Source: Eledone cirrhosa (taxonomy: Eukaryota). Taken from it: a DNA stretch of 64,000 nt. The translations under genes were made by a program, and so were the position numbers. Shown piece after piece: positions 10,932 through 24,681 of the stretch; the first letter of the stretch is position 1, and the number at the start of each line of letters is the position of its first letter. The stretch covers positions 262,198,001 through 262,262,000 of the forward strand of contig OZ024742.1 of NCBI GenBank assembly GCA_964016885.1, given 5' to 3'. Below the pieces are notes generated by a model, which worked only from the letters and a program-made list of their open reading frames with translations, did not search any database and had not been told where the DNA came from.

Positions 10932-13630
10932 GTATGTTTGTTTGCCTGTTTCTCTTATTCATGTCTTGAAAATTATTATTTATTGTTGTCGCTGGTGGAA
11001 TAAATCTAATATTTGTGTATTTAATGAAGACATATGATTTCATGGATGTAGTAATGAGATTTGAATTGATATTCCTATTTAAATATGAGTTAGTTATTTT
11101 GAGCTGTTTGGTAATTATTAAACTAAAAGATTTTCAAGTGATTTTGGGTAGGATAGAATAAAAATGGTTAACCCTAGATGGTCCATGATCAAGCAGATCT
11201 ATGGTCAAAGGCATCCCAACCATGACTGTCCAGTATTTCTCCTTTCTATACATGAAGAACCCAAGACCACATTATCCAACATGCTCTTTTTCAAAATGGT
11301 AGGGTGTGATTTGAGGGAGATATAGCTGCTATTTCTAGCTGGTCAAGTGACCACATAGAAGCTCCCTTGGCTTTTGTTGGTTGGTTTGACCTTGCATTTT
11401 TGTATTTAGATTATTCTAGGGGCTAGTTACATTTATATTAATTTATTGACTGATTCCATACTTTGACCATGCATAAAGCAAGGTGTATAGAGTGTAATAA
11501 CTTGCCTATGGTCATAATGTTTCCCTTTGGATAAGATTCCAATAAATTTACCTACAAGAGAACTTAAACTCCACACTGCAAATCAATGAAACTCTCATCA
11601 ATTTTACAGTACTACTCTTGCATATGATAGTGAAGTATACCACCTTGAGGTACTTATTTACAGCTGGGTTGACTGGGCCATCGAGAGATAAATGTCTTGG
11701 CCATGACCATAATATAGTACTAAGAATAAAATATTTTTAAAGGTTGAAGAAAGGGAGTGCCTATAACCTTTGCAAGGCTTTCAAAGTTGGTAGGGGAAAG
11801 GGGTATTGAGTTATGTTCCGACTGGGTATTCCGTCTGAAGGCTTGCAACACAGTGGACTCTACTAAAGAAACCCAATGGCTTGTTGATGGTGTTAAATCA
11901 GGTGATGTATGAGTTCGATCACCCTACATGAATGACTGATTTCAAATCACACCACACCTGCCATACATCCATAATTTCGTAGCTATCTCCCTTTTCCTCT
12001 CACTAACCCCCACAGGGTAGAGAGAGTTCTTCAATTGAGAAAATGACCAATGACCTCTCTACTGTTAATGCTACAAAAATGCACCCAGACACTCTGTAAG
12101 GTGGTTGGTAATAGGAAGGGCAACCAATTGTAGAAACTTTACCTAAAATATTTTATAGGAAACTTTAGTTGTGTCAATTATGTGTCCACCTTTTTAGTGT
12201 TCATGGACTACAGGGTAAATGCACTCAGTACACACTGTAAAGAGGTTAAAATAAGAGGGGCATACAGGTGTAGAAAGCTTGCCAAACAAAGGGTTGGTAT
12301 GACCTTCAGTTGTATCAAAGACATGATAAAATGTACTTGGTAGAACATGAAATCATATGTAAGTGAAATGTAGAGCCCCGGTCTGTTTGGGAGGTTAGTA
12401 GCCTCACCTCAGTACTGTGAAGACCTGCCCAATGCTTGCTAGTAGAGAAAGCAGACATTAAAGTATGATGATGACGATATATGAAGTAGTTGATTTATGG
12501 GGCATTGGAAACATTTGAAATTTGTGCATTCCATTTCAAATGACCATAATAATAGTTGTGAAAATTGGGTAATATACCCAATATATGTTTTTGGAATCCA
12601 CAACTCAGTGAAGTATTCACTGGATCTGTGGGTTCAAGTCCAGCCATATGCACTTTACTCTGATGTGCAAATAAAGTTGGAGTAGAGCATATTAAAATTT
12701 GTTAACATTTTACCATCACAGTCATACTATCACAGAATGGTATTATAGATAAATTGTCTTCAATTTTATTCCATAGTTGAGATAATTTTCTTCTTGACAT
12801 AAAAGTAAAAATAATAGATAACAACTCTCAATGTAGAAGAGGTGATAAGTGTATAATAAAGAATATACATTTCAATAAAGTATATAATTTGTGAAAGTGT
12901 TTTCTAAGACTTGCACCTTACTACTGTCTGTGTAGACTTCACTCCATCTCAAGAAGCAAATACTTCAGAAAAATACAGTTTCAAAGAAATTATATATTTC
13001 CAGGATCTGCTAACTATCTTTCAGTGTAATATAACTGTAGAATTTATACAAAAATGGCAAAGAAAGAAAAGAAAGAACCGAATCATTAGTTTTGATAGTT
13101 TTTTCCATTGCTGTTACTATCTTTCAATGTCAGCTACTGGCAGAATACCAATTTACACTGTCGCTATACTTACGTATGTATTAGACTGTATCATCTGGTC
13201 TACTAAAACAACTTCAAAAATTGAAGTATTTCAAAGCCCTGTCATGATATTTATTACTGGTAAACACTACCTAACACACTTAAATGGCACAACAGTTAAA
13301 TTAACAGTTAAATGGCACAACAAACAATTTCTAATAAAATTAAAGGCAACTCTTTCAAACCATTTGGCAATATCAAACATTCAACTTGTAGTCCTAAAAT
13401 CTGTCTGGTATATATAATACCTGGATAGAGAAATTGAGGACACCACAATGGTAGATGGAAAGACCAGATCCTAAAATGGTCTCAATGACATGGACAGAAC
13501 TCAATGACAACAAAGAGGAATAAATGAAGGAAATATGTTTATGATGTAAGTGCTGTAAGTGGAAACAATGGTTAAAAAGAAAACTTCTAGTATATTATGA
13601 TTATATAATTGCATTATTTCACTTCCCCAG

Positions 13631-13709
13631 GCTGATCAACGTGTTTTACGACAATTACTTATCACCTTGTTACCCAATACTGATCTCGTACTCAAAGAGC
13701 ATGATATAG
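13631..13709 (+). CDS. SGSM3: SGSM3 exon, TBC domain
   Basis: cccag|GCTGAT...GATATAG|gtaagt, 79 nt. ADQRVLRQLLITLLPNTDLVLKEHDI. Phase matches the next exon. Confidence 0.93.
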
Positions 13710-13897
13710 GTAAGTCAAGTCTACTTATAAACTATTCTTTTAAATTCAGGACTGTTTCCTGCTTGATTTGCACGGGTTCTGTTGACCAGTTAATAAAGAT
13801 ACTAACTACTGTATGAATCTGTATGCAGTGCATGAAAATCTAATGTGATCCCTGGATGTATTAAAGACTACAGTTAAATTAATGTTAACATATTTAA

Positions 13898-14522
13898 CAC
13901 TTCAGATACCAAACTTCCTAAAGCCACCCATGGTTCTACAATACAAGACTGTTTGTTTTAATATTTATATTTAACTAAACATCTGCCATCATCATCATCA
14001 TCATCATTTTACGTCCGCGTTTCCCTGCTTGCAAGGGTGGGACGGGAACTGATTCTGGCTTGATTTCTACAGCTGGACGCCCTTCCTAACACTAACCTCA
14101 TTTACAGTGAGTGCTGGGTGCTTTTTTTCCGTGGCGCCTACACGTCCACTTTACAGTGTGGGCTGGGTGCTTTTTGCCATGGCACCTCCACGACCACTTT
14201 GCAGTGGAATGATAGGGACCCCAGTCCTATCATCTCATTTCTACAGCTGAGTAAACTGGAGCAATGTGAAATAAAGTGTCTTGCTCAAGGAAACAACACA
14301 TCACCCAGTCTGAAAATTGAACTCACAACCTTTCGATTGCAAGGCCAATGCTCCAACCACTATGCCTCCATCATTTTATGCAAAAGTCTTAGTTATGTTA
14401 CAAACACAGCTCAATAATGAAAAAGTTAGTTATATTACCAAATCCTTTCAAATTCTTGATTACTTTCAAAATTATTTGAAAATTATAAGCAGTCTTTTAT
14501 TAGATCTATAGTAACAAAAGGG
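13898..14522. mobile_element. piggyBac-like TTAA MITE interrupted by a SINE
   Basis: ttaa|cacttc...aaaaggg|ttaa. Related copies near 16354-16607, 16620-16785, 24170-24500, 43515-44130 and 56100-56335. Confidence 0.6.
13988..14369 (-). mobile_element. tRNA/CORE SINE (same family as 4675-5012)
   Basis: Near reverse complement of 4675-5012, with an internal short duplication. Confidence 0.87.
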
Positions 14523-15142
14523 TTAATGCATTAAAAAACTAACTAGAAATAAATATACCTTGAAGAAAAATAAACAACATTAGTCAGTGACTTATATTAT
14601 TTTGTTTTTTTCTGCCAAATATGGAGACAATTATTAACATCTTTTAGCCTTATTCTGACATCATCTGTAAAGCACAGACTTCGCTGAAGTAGTGATAAAA
14701 GAATCACTAAGCATAGTTTCTGTGGAATTAAACCTGAAACCTTGTATTTGAAAAATGAACTCCTTAACTGCACAGCTATTTCTGTGCCTCTACAACTAAA
14801 AAAAAAGCAGGATGTTTTTTTTAAATGATGTTTTAATGACTAAGGTTTGTGTGTGTGTATGTATTTCATCATCATCACCATCATCATTATATGTAAATGT
14901 AATATGTTGCTTGTATATGTATATTTATGCAGTTTACCTACTTTACCTGTGACTAAACCTTAACAATCATTACTAACCATATATTAATACTAAATGCATT
15001 ATTATGATTGTTATTATTATCATTTCCTTTTTTGTATGTAGTTTTAACTCTTAATATTCTGTACCACATGAAAGTGCACTAGCAAGACATTCATGAAAAC
15101 TACAAAACAATTCTGTGACTGCATCACATTAAAAATTAGTCT

Positions 15143-15639
15143 TTAACAGGAAAATGTGTGGTGTATCATATATGTTAGATTGTAGCAGTTCTAATAATCA
15201 CCAGTTAAGCAGATTTATAGAAGTAGTCATGTAATAGTTATAGCGCCACGAGTAATCAGTTTGGTAGGAACATCGACAACGACTTTGATTTGCTTTACAT
15301 TATTTATTAACAATGGTTGAGCTGAGTAGAGCAGGCATGCCAAGAGAGATAAAACAAACGAATTAAGAATTCAGAAGGCACGGTCTACTGGCTGAAGTGT
15401 TGCCAGGCCGTGGTTAAATTGTTGTGTTACATATTGGCCAGTGATTTCACGGCAAAAGAAAAGCAGTTGTTTACCTTACAACGGTTCAAGCAACTAGAGA
15501 GAGATTTCTCGAATCGGCGCAGGAATTTTTCCCTCAGGGCGCGTAGAAATACATTCTCCTCCGCTGGCGGTCATTGGCTGGGCTGAGCCAAATAACGCAC
15601 GGAGAATGTATATGAGCCCGTGGAATGTAGATCACTACA
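15143..15639 (-). mobile_element. Solo-LTR-like insertion with AGTCT target-site duplication
   Basis: Minus strand TGTAG...TGTTA(C)A, CpG-rich relative to flanks. AGTCT(TTA) at 15138 and 15640. An uninterrupted paralog of the host repeat lies at about 27660-27800. Confidence 0.7.
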
Positions 15640-16135
15640 AGTCTTTACTTTAATACTTCAAATTTTCACTAGGATCTGTCCACTAAAATGAAATGAAAAG
15701 ATGAATTTTACAGCTTACATCTATAGGTTTAGCTGGCTTTCTACAAAGTTGTATCTCATATGAGGTTTCTCAGGTATTTTAGTAATAGGGGATCCAATCC
15801 TATCATGAAAAGCAATGTGAAATGATGTGTCTTGCTCAAGAATACAATGTGTAACCTGGTCCAGGAATTGAACTCATAACCTTATTTTCATGACCTCATA
15901 ACCTTATTTTCATGAGTTCGACACCCTAACTACTAGGCCATCTGCCTTCACAATATGCTCACTACTAAAGATACTATAAGCATTTGAATTAACCAACTTG
16001 TATTTAGTTATTTGCTGCTAAATCATTACAGGATGTTAAGAGTTTATTACCCCATGGCTGATTCCTTCTCCTCATTTATGTATGCTATGAGCCCCACTAA
16101 TTAATTCATTGACTTGCATGTACCCTACTTTTCAG

Positions 16136-16281
16136 AGCTTTCCCTAATTAGCCTTCATTGGTTTCTGACGCTGTTTGCTAGTGTGGTACACATGAAGGTT
16201 CTTCTCCGTATTTGGGACTTACTTTTCTATCAAGGTTCTGTTGTGCTCTTCCAGGTCACTATGGGCATGTTAAAGATGAAG
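16136..16281 (+). CDS. SGSM3: SGSM3 exon, TBC C-terminal part
   Basis: ttcag|AGCTT...ATGAAG|gtcagt, 146 nt. [34 protein letters not shown] carries the WFLTLF and RIWD motifs. Confidence 0.96.
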
Positions 16282-17090
16282 GTCAGTACTTACCTTGATA
16301 CTAAACTGCCTGAAACTGAGCCTGGTTTTATGATCTAAAGCTGTTTGTTTTAACCCTTTCGTTACCATATTTTTTATGAAAGACATTGTCTATTATTTTC
16401 AAATCATTGTCTATTATTTTCAAATCAGTTTGAAAATTATAAGAATTTGGAGGAATTTAGTAAAATAACTAACTTTCTCATTATTACACTAGTGTTTGGA
16501 GCATAACTTTATAAAGATTCCTAGCTAAAATTATGATGGAAGAATTTTAGATAATTATATACCTTCTAGAACCTGAGGCAGTTTCAGGCAGTTTGGTATC
16601 AAAAGAGTTAATGTTTAAATTTAAGCCTTCCATCACAATTTTATGAAACAAAATTCCAAACACCAGCTTAATGATGTGAAACTTAGTTATTTTACAAAAT
16701 TCTTCCAAATTTTTGATTATTTTAAAAATTAATTGAAACTTCTAGGCAATTTATTTCATTAGAAATATAATAACAAAAAGGTTAAACATCCTAATTGCAT
16801 CATCCTAACACTTTTTTAAATGTTAATTCCTTACAAGCATTTTTCTATGCTAGTATAAGTGGAGTAGGTGGTGAATTGAGAACTCATTAGAACATCAAAT
16901 AGAATGCTTCTAAGTACCCATTTCAGCACTCTGCTCTGCGTTCATATTTGGCCAAAGTCAGCTTGGACTTTCAAGGTCAATAAGTTAAGTACCAGTCCAG
17001 TACTTGGGTTGATTCTTCCCAAATTTTATTTTCTCCCCACCTCTTTCTTTGGAAGAGATTAGCTGCGTTCAAACCTAGAGAGGAATGGGC

Positions 17091-18020
17091 TCCACCATGT
17101 ATATATGCCCACTATGTCACAATGGTGCCTCTATGACTCTACCAGGTATATATGCCCACTATGTCACAATGGTGCCTCTATGACTGCACCGGGTATATAT
17201 GTCCACTATGTCACAATGGTGCCTCTATGACTCTACCGGGTATATATGTCCACTATGTCACAATGGTGCCTCTATGACTCTACCAGGTATATATGCCCAC
17301 TATGTCACAATGGTGCCTCTATGACTGCATCGGGAATATATATCCACTATGTCACAATGGTGCCTCTATGACTGCACCAGGAATATATATCCACTATGTC
17401 ACAATGGTGCCTCTATGACTCTACCAGGTATATATGCCCACTATGTCACAATGGTGCCTCTATGACTGCATCGGGAATATATATCCACTATGTCACAATG
17501 GTGCCTCTATGACTGCACCAGGAATATATATCCACTATGTCACAATGGTGCCTCTATGACTCTACCAGGTATATATGCCCACTATGTCACAATGGTGCCT
17601 CTATGACTGCATCGGGAATATATATCCACTATGTCACAATGGTGCCTCTATGACTGCACCAGGAATATATATCCACTATGTCACAATGGTGCCTCTATGA
17701 CTGCACCGGGTATATATGTCCGCTATGTCACAAAGGTGCCTCTATGACTCTACCGAGTATATATGCTCATTATGTCATAAAGGTACCTCTATGACTCCAC
17801 CATATATATATATATACTCATTATGTCACAAAGGTGCTCATATGACTCCACCAGGTATATATGCTCATTATGTCACAAAGGTGCCTCTATGACTCCACCA
17901 GCTATATATATACTCATTATGTCACAAAGGTGCTCATATGACCCCACCAGGTATATATGCTCAATATGTCACAAAAGTGCCCCTATAGCTCCATCTGGAG
18001 TTATAGAGGCACTTTTGATA
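17091..18020. repeat. 47-bp minisatellite, ~19 units, ending in an inverted unit (hairpin)
   Basis: Unit cactatgtcacaatggtgcctctatgactctaccaggtatatatgcc; period 47 read from 17111 to 17158. Confidence 0.95.
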
Positions 18021-19052
18021 AAACCTGAGATACCACATGATAAAATCTGTGAAAAACAAAGAGTCAGAAGATTCTTCAGCTATGTCAAAGAAATAACAAC
18101 TTTAGTGGTGATGCCATGATAAAATGCAATTGGAAGAGCACAGGATTGTATGTCGGGGCTCTGGCCTGGTGCATCTTGAATATGAGGCTCTTCTTGAGTA
18201 CTGGCTTGTGGTATGTCCAATTTTTACTTGCAGGGAAAATGGTTGTTAAATGATGATGATGATATTAGTTCTTGCAGATCAGCCCGGATCAGGTAGACCT
18301 ATGATCAAAGGCTTTCCAGCTGTGACCATCCTGTCTTCTGATTCAGACATTGTCTGTCTAGACTACATTATTCAAAATATCCTTCCATTTTTTTAAAGAT
18401 GGAAAGGAAAAAGAAAAAAATGCTAATCATTAGATCAGACTCATGAAACAATGTTTCCATTGGTCTTTCTATTACTGATACTATTTGTCAGTCAAAATCC
18501 TGGCAGGAGGTAGGATTTGAACTTGGAATGCACAGAGCTAGATCAGATACTGAAAAGTATCCCACCTGACTTTTTAACAATTCCACTAATCCACCACCAC
18601 TAGACTGGTACTTTATTTACCAGACAGGTCAAAGCAACCAATCTCACTTGTTATTTTCCATATTTGGCATGGTTTCTATGGCTGAATGGGCTTTCTAATG
18701 CCAACCACCTTGCAAAGTGTGTTGCGTGCATTTTTTGTGAACCAGCACTACCACTTTTACATTTTATTGTGGTACTAACACTAACATTTTACATGATATA
18801 CTGGATATATTTTATCATTGCACCAGTACTAGAGAGGTTGACACAACATGCTCCAACTCTATACTGTCTCTGTTTGACTGTTTAATTTCTATATATATGT
18901 TTATAGTTGAATGATATTCTATTAAATAACAGAAGGCAATCACAATTAAAGTAAGGTACTCAGTATATCAGTTGGAGAATGTACTTTAACTTTATTGAGA
19001 AGTGACTTTTACAGGACTAGTTCTGTTTCATTCAGTGATGGAATTTCAGAAA

Positions 19053-19105
19053 GATTTTCTGATGAATTCATCATTGAACGAAACAGAGATAGTTCTGTAA
19101 AACTC
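19053..19105 (+). ncRNA. Type-I hammerhead ribozyme motif with intact core, sense to SGSM3 pre-mRNA
   Basis: gatttt-CTGATGA-attca/tgaac-GAAA-caga gatagt tctg-TA-aaactc. An inverted, decayed copy sits immediately upstream (19002-19052). Confidence 0.7.
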
Positions 19106-19649
19106 ACCTTTCATCATCATCATTTAACATCCATTTTCCCTGCTAACAAGGGTTGGATGAGTTGTCACAGACTAAATCAATACTTAATTGGAACTACAGA
19201 TCTTTCTGATAGACCAGGGGGCCATATCACACTTACATACACTTCTGCACTCTATAGAGTACACTTGGTGTATTCTATTGTGACACTAGCACTAGGGAGG
19301 TTTTCATGTCTTTGACACAAATAAAGAGTCCTCTTGACCTTTTTTGGGGCAAGTTTTCCATGACTGGATGCCCTTCTGATCACCTCTAAATAATATATAT
19401 AATTTAAATAAAAATGCAAACTTTTGATTTGAAGAAAATAATTAGTATGATATTTATGTGATATATGTTTATATGTATATACATATGTTTGTATATATAT
19501 ATATATACACACACACATACAATATACACACAATTTACATATATATTAATATACAAACATACATACAAAGAGATATAGAACCACACACACACACACACAT
19601 ATATGTATGTTTGTATATTTATATATATCTAAATTTTATATTTTCCTAG

Positions 19650-19745
19650 GAAGAAGAAATGTTAACGTTTGACAATTCTGCTCAAATCTTCAATGCTTTA
19701 TCTGATGTCCCTGGAGATGTACAAGATGTTGAAAAATTGATTGAG
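19650..19745 (+). CDS. SGSM3: SGSM3 exon
   Basis: cctag|GAAGAA...ATTGAG|gtgagt, 96 nt. EEEMLTFDNSAQIFNALSDVPGDVQDVEKLIE. Confidence 0.93.
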
Positions 19746-19932
19746 GTGAGTAACAGTGTCTCTGTCTGCATTTTCCCACCTTCAAAGATACTTTACCTGA
19801 TTTATTCAAATAGTTATGAAATATTATAGTTATCTGTACTGTGGTGACTATATTTTTACATTCCATAAAGGAGACTAATTATTTCTGATAAAGATTGCTT
19901 TGTACAACTGTTTTGCTATTGGTTAGATTTAA

Positions 19933-20140
19933 CCCTTTAGCATTTAAACCAGCCATATCTGGCCAGAATTCTCTCACCTCTTTCTGTTCAAACCAGACAT
20001 AAATGGCCACTCATACTGACATTAAGGTATTGTTCTCAAAATAAATAACATCAAAATCTCATAGATTCAAAATTATGTGAGATAAAGCCTTTACCATGAA
20101 AATAGAATAGTATATAAAGAGTAATGTAAATGCTAAAGGG
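19933..20140. mobile_element. piggyBac-type MITE
   Basis: TTAA|CCCTTTAGCATTTA ... TAAATGCTAAAGGG|TTAA. Confidence 0.82.
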
Positions 20141-22053
20141 TTAAAAATCTTATGTATTACAATCAGAAACAGTTCCTGGATATCTAGCACCCTTGGCTAG
20201 CCCTACATTGTGCCTCATTCTCCCAAATAAAATAATTTTGATTTATAGTTTGGCAAGCTCATGGACCTAGTTTTTGATGCTTCTTGTTCTGATCACACTA
20301 AGAATATTACCAAGCCTGCATTTTGTACCACACAGTTTACATTCACCCTTGGCAAATCATGTGACAGGTCATAGCACCATGTGACATTCTCCATCACTTT
20401 GGATCTTTCCACAACTCTTGTTATGCAGTGATAATGTTTAATGATTTATTTATTGATCGCAGGAAATTATATATTTAATTTAATTTTACAAATTTATATA
20501 AAGCTGTTATTCATTAAGGTTCAGTAATGCACCTCTCTGATGTGTGTGCCTTAGGTGGCTGACTAATTGACCTTAATGATAGTGCTTTGCATTTTGGAGT
20601 CCTTTTTGAGGCAACATGTTACAGCGGGATCCTCTTCCTAGCACCAACCCTTTTAGGTACCTTTTATGGCAGATAAGGATATGGGTGTATTTGTTTTAAA
20701 CAGGATGTACACACTCTTTACACAGTTATTCTGATTTTCATATTTATTTCACCATTATTTGTATAACCATTTTCAATAGCAGAATGAGAAAATGGTTATA
20801 CAAACAATGATGATGATGATGATATATTCAAACTTTGAACATACTTGTTCTAAATAGATGTATAAATTAAAATTAATGTGTAAGGACTGTGTGTGTCCTG
20901 TTTAAAATAGGTACATCTTGGGCTGGTGCTATCATTGAGGCCAACTAGGTAGACTCCTAGCATGCACATTTATGACAAACACATTTCTGAACTGATCTTC
21001 ATTTTCAATTTCTGAAGGAACATCTGTGTGGATCTTTTGCTCTTGGCTACACAACTCATAGAATGAATTTTTGTTTAGGCTCTGTAAGCCAAAGGGAAAA
21101 CAACCCATCTAGGAGTGCAGATACTCTGAATAAAAATTGATACAGGGCAGAGAGAACTGGAAACCTCTCTTGAACTGTTAGCACAATAAAATGCACCCAG
21201 TCCATACTGTAAAGGGCATCCAAACAGAAAAACCCTGCCAAAATTATGAAAAGCACAACTTACAACTCCTACACTAGTTGCGATGTTAGGGAAAGAACAC
21301 AATGAGTGGAAGGAAACTGTGTTGAAAAAGGTTTATCTAACCCATGCAAACATGGAAAAAGAGATGTAGAAGGATGATGATAATACATGTATGTATATTT
21401 ATATAGTGATTAATGGTAACAACATAAATCAGCAATGAAAGGATGTCACATTCTATTGTTTGTCTGTTCTGTCTCTGTAGTGCAAAACCACAGGTGGATG
21501 TTGCCTCATGGTCTCAGCAGATGACATGATATTCTTAGATTTGACTTCTGTGATTCATTGTTCTATCTGGCTTTAATCAACAAATCAACATTGCCTCAAG
21601 TGAAACTATGGAGACTTCTCACTATTTCCATACACACACATATACATCATCATCATCATTATTGTTTTTACATCCACTTTTCACATTGGTATGGGTTGAA
21701 CAGATTGTCATGGTCCAAGATCAGATAAGTCAGAGCAACTTCATCTTACTCAGTCATAGAAACCATATGATTTCTATGGCTGAATGCCCTTCCTAACAGC
21801 AACCATCTTCCTAGGTATGCTGGATGTGTTTTATTGTAGCACCAGCACTACCATTTTACAGTATATGCTAAGCACATTTTATCATGGCAGTCATACTACA
21901 ACTTTACTGGATGATCTGCATGCCTTTTTTTGTAGCACCTGTACTAACACTTTACAGAGTGCACTAGGTGTGTTTTATCATAGATATATATTTTTCAAAA
22001 TGATATTTAAAGTTTATTGATGTATTTTGATGTTCTTTTCTCTTCATTTCCAG

Positions 22054-22185
22054 ATATCTTTTAATGTAGCTGGCTCATTAACAGATACAATCGTGGATAC
22101 ACATAGAAGAAAACATTTAGCATATTTAATGGCAGATCAAGGAGCTATTGTCAATCCAGAATCTGCAAAAAATCTACCAAAACAG
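22054..22185 (+). CDS. SGSM3: SGSM3 exon
   Basis: tccag|ATATCT...AAACAG|gttagt, 132 nt. ISFNVAGSLTDTIVDTHRRKHLAYLMADQG...NLPKQ. Confidence 0.94.
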
Positions 22186-22994
22186 GTTAGTTTTGTTCCT
22201 TGTATCATGGTTGCATGTTTTTTTTTTGTTTTTTCTTAAGTGTATCGTGATTGATTGATAAATACAGGCAAGGCTGTATGATTAAGGAGTTTGCTTTGCA
22301 ATTATGTAATTCTGAATTCAGTCACACTTTGTCACACCTAGGGCAAGTGCCTTCTACTATAACCTCAAGTTGACCAATGCCTTGTGAGTGGAATTTGGTC
22401 AACAGAAATTGTAGAAGGTCATTGTTTATGTATGTGTGCCCATAAATGTGTTTATGCCCTATTGCTTAGAAGTTTGATAAAAAAAAAAGAGAGTGGTAAA
22501 ATAAGTACCAAACTCAAAACGTTAAGTAATAGAGTTGATATGATCAACTAAATTTCCTTAATGTAATGCCTCAGCTTAGCTGCACTCTAATGATTGAAAC
22601 TAGTAAAAGAATAAAAGAATTGCTTGACAGAGTAAGTTTCATTTCACAATTCAGATTTGCTTGCCTTATTATCAAGCAGTTCTTTATGATTAATCTGTGT
22701 TTTCAAAGACACTTTATTTCACATTGCTCCAATTAACTCAGCTGAAAAAAATAGGTTGTACCCTGTTACACACTCTGTCATGCTGAATCACCTTGAGAAC
22801 TACATGAAATATTCATATGTCAGAGGAATGCTCAGCCACTTGTATGTTAATTTCACAATTATCCTGTTCCATTGATCAAACAGCTGAAACATTCGTCACC
22901 AGAACCAATGGATGTCTAACACAGATATATTCTTCTGTATATTGCTCTTTTTTTTAAAAGATAAAGTAATTGTGCCATATCTTATTTCTTGCAG

Positions 22995-23183
22995 CAATTG
23001 AACAAACGACATTTACGTCGATCAAGGTCCTTGGTTTCATTACTTCTTTGGGGAAATGAAGAAGAAGAAGACTTGGGAAAAGCCAAGAACATTCGTCAAA
23101 CAGAACTGTTAGTAGACTTGAGAGATGCTATATTACAGGTGGCTCGACATTTTCAGTCGGTTGATCCGAAAAATAACAAAATT
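22995..23183 (+). CDS. SGSM3: SGSM3 exon
   Basis: tgcag|CAATTG...AAAATT|gtaagt, 189 nt. ...KAKNIRQTELLVDLRDAILQVARHFQSVDPKNNKI. Confidence 0.94.
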
Positions 23184-24681
23184 GTAAGTTTCTTTGTTTC
23201 AATGTAGTTTATGTTTGAAAAAGAAAACCATTTTTATTCTTATTTTGTTTCTTATAAATATGATCTACAGAAGAAACAAATCAATAGAAATTAATCAGAG
23301 GAAAAAAGCAGAAGACATTCACGCCACAATTACACACAACAAAAGGGAATGCTGGAGTTTTGAGGCAAGCCAAAACATTCCTGGCATTGCCATGGGTAAT
23401 AAAAAGGCTAAGATGCTGGAATAGTCTAGCGCCCTCAATACGAGCATCATCTGATACTTCAGTAAGGTGAGCTGCCAACAATGACAAAAACTTTGTTGTC
23501 AACAGTCCAGCTTCCCCAAAAGTTTCAAAAAAATAAATAGTTTGCATTTAAGAATTTTTTAACTTAGCTCATTAATATAACTAGAGTTATGCTAGAGGTG
23601 TAAAACTTCCAGTGACTACATGGTAGATAATTGATGATGAATGTGGGTACAGGATAATTATAGTAATGGTGGAGTAAGAAAAAACCTGGAGTAAGATGAT
23701 TTAGGCAGATCGGAATAAATAAACAACAACAAAAAAACAAAACAAAAGCAACTAGATTGGAGGGGCATGCTATTTTACAAAGCCTTCACTCCCAGGCAAA
23801 CTCAGATGAACCATGACTGTTACTGATGAATATATTGTGTTGACAATGATGATGATTTTCGTTTGGTCTTAATTCTTTTGCTTTTTACACTGTATACAGA
23901 GTCAGCACTACCATTAAGGTCAATTAGGCAGCTGCCTAGAACGCAGACCTCAGATAGGTGCATTACTGAACCTTAAAAAGTCAGTTTTATACAAATTTTT
24001 ATAATCAGATTAAATATATAATAATTTCCTGCAAGCAGTAAATAAATTACTAAACATCTTTGCTACATAGCAGCATTGTGGAAATTCTGACCCTTTCCCA
24101 AATTGTCAGAGCAAGGGATTCCAAAGGGAACTCAGGGCCAATTTCTTACATATGTGACATTAAAATATTACTTAAATACCTTCAAATTCTTGATTATTTT
24201 AAAAGTGTTTTGAAAATAAGAGGCATAGTTTTTCATTAGAAATATAGTAACAAAGGTGTTAAATATGTGTTGAGAACTTTCAAGTTTTTGCTCTTAAAAC
24301 AAATATGTTTAAGTGTGTGTGACTGGTTATATGCCTTCTATCATAATTTTATGTAAAAACCTTTAAGTTGTGCTCCAAACACTAGCTTAATGATAAATTT
24401 AGCCATGTTACAAAATTCCTTCAAATCCTTGATTATTTTTTAAATTGTTTTGAAAGAGGCATTGTTTTTCATTAGAAATATGGTATTGAAAGGATTAAAT
24501 ATGTGTTGAGAAGTTCATGTTTTTGCTTATAAAACAAATATATAACTGTGTGAGAGAGAGAGTGTGTGTGTATTTGTATATGTGTTTGTACGTATAAGTA
24601 TGGGTAACCTTAGACTGGGTGTTATCTTTACTTCACCAGTTTTATTTTTTTGATGAATTTCTACCAAATTTTAACCCTCAG

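Noticed and set aside
17091-17990. CRISPR-like alternation of a constant 27-bp block and a variable 20-bp block
   Set aside because: The variable parts are point variants of one sequence, not unique spacers. It lies in a eukaryotic intron with no cas genes, so it is a minisatellite.
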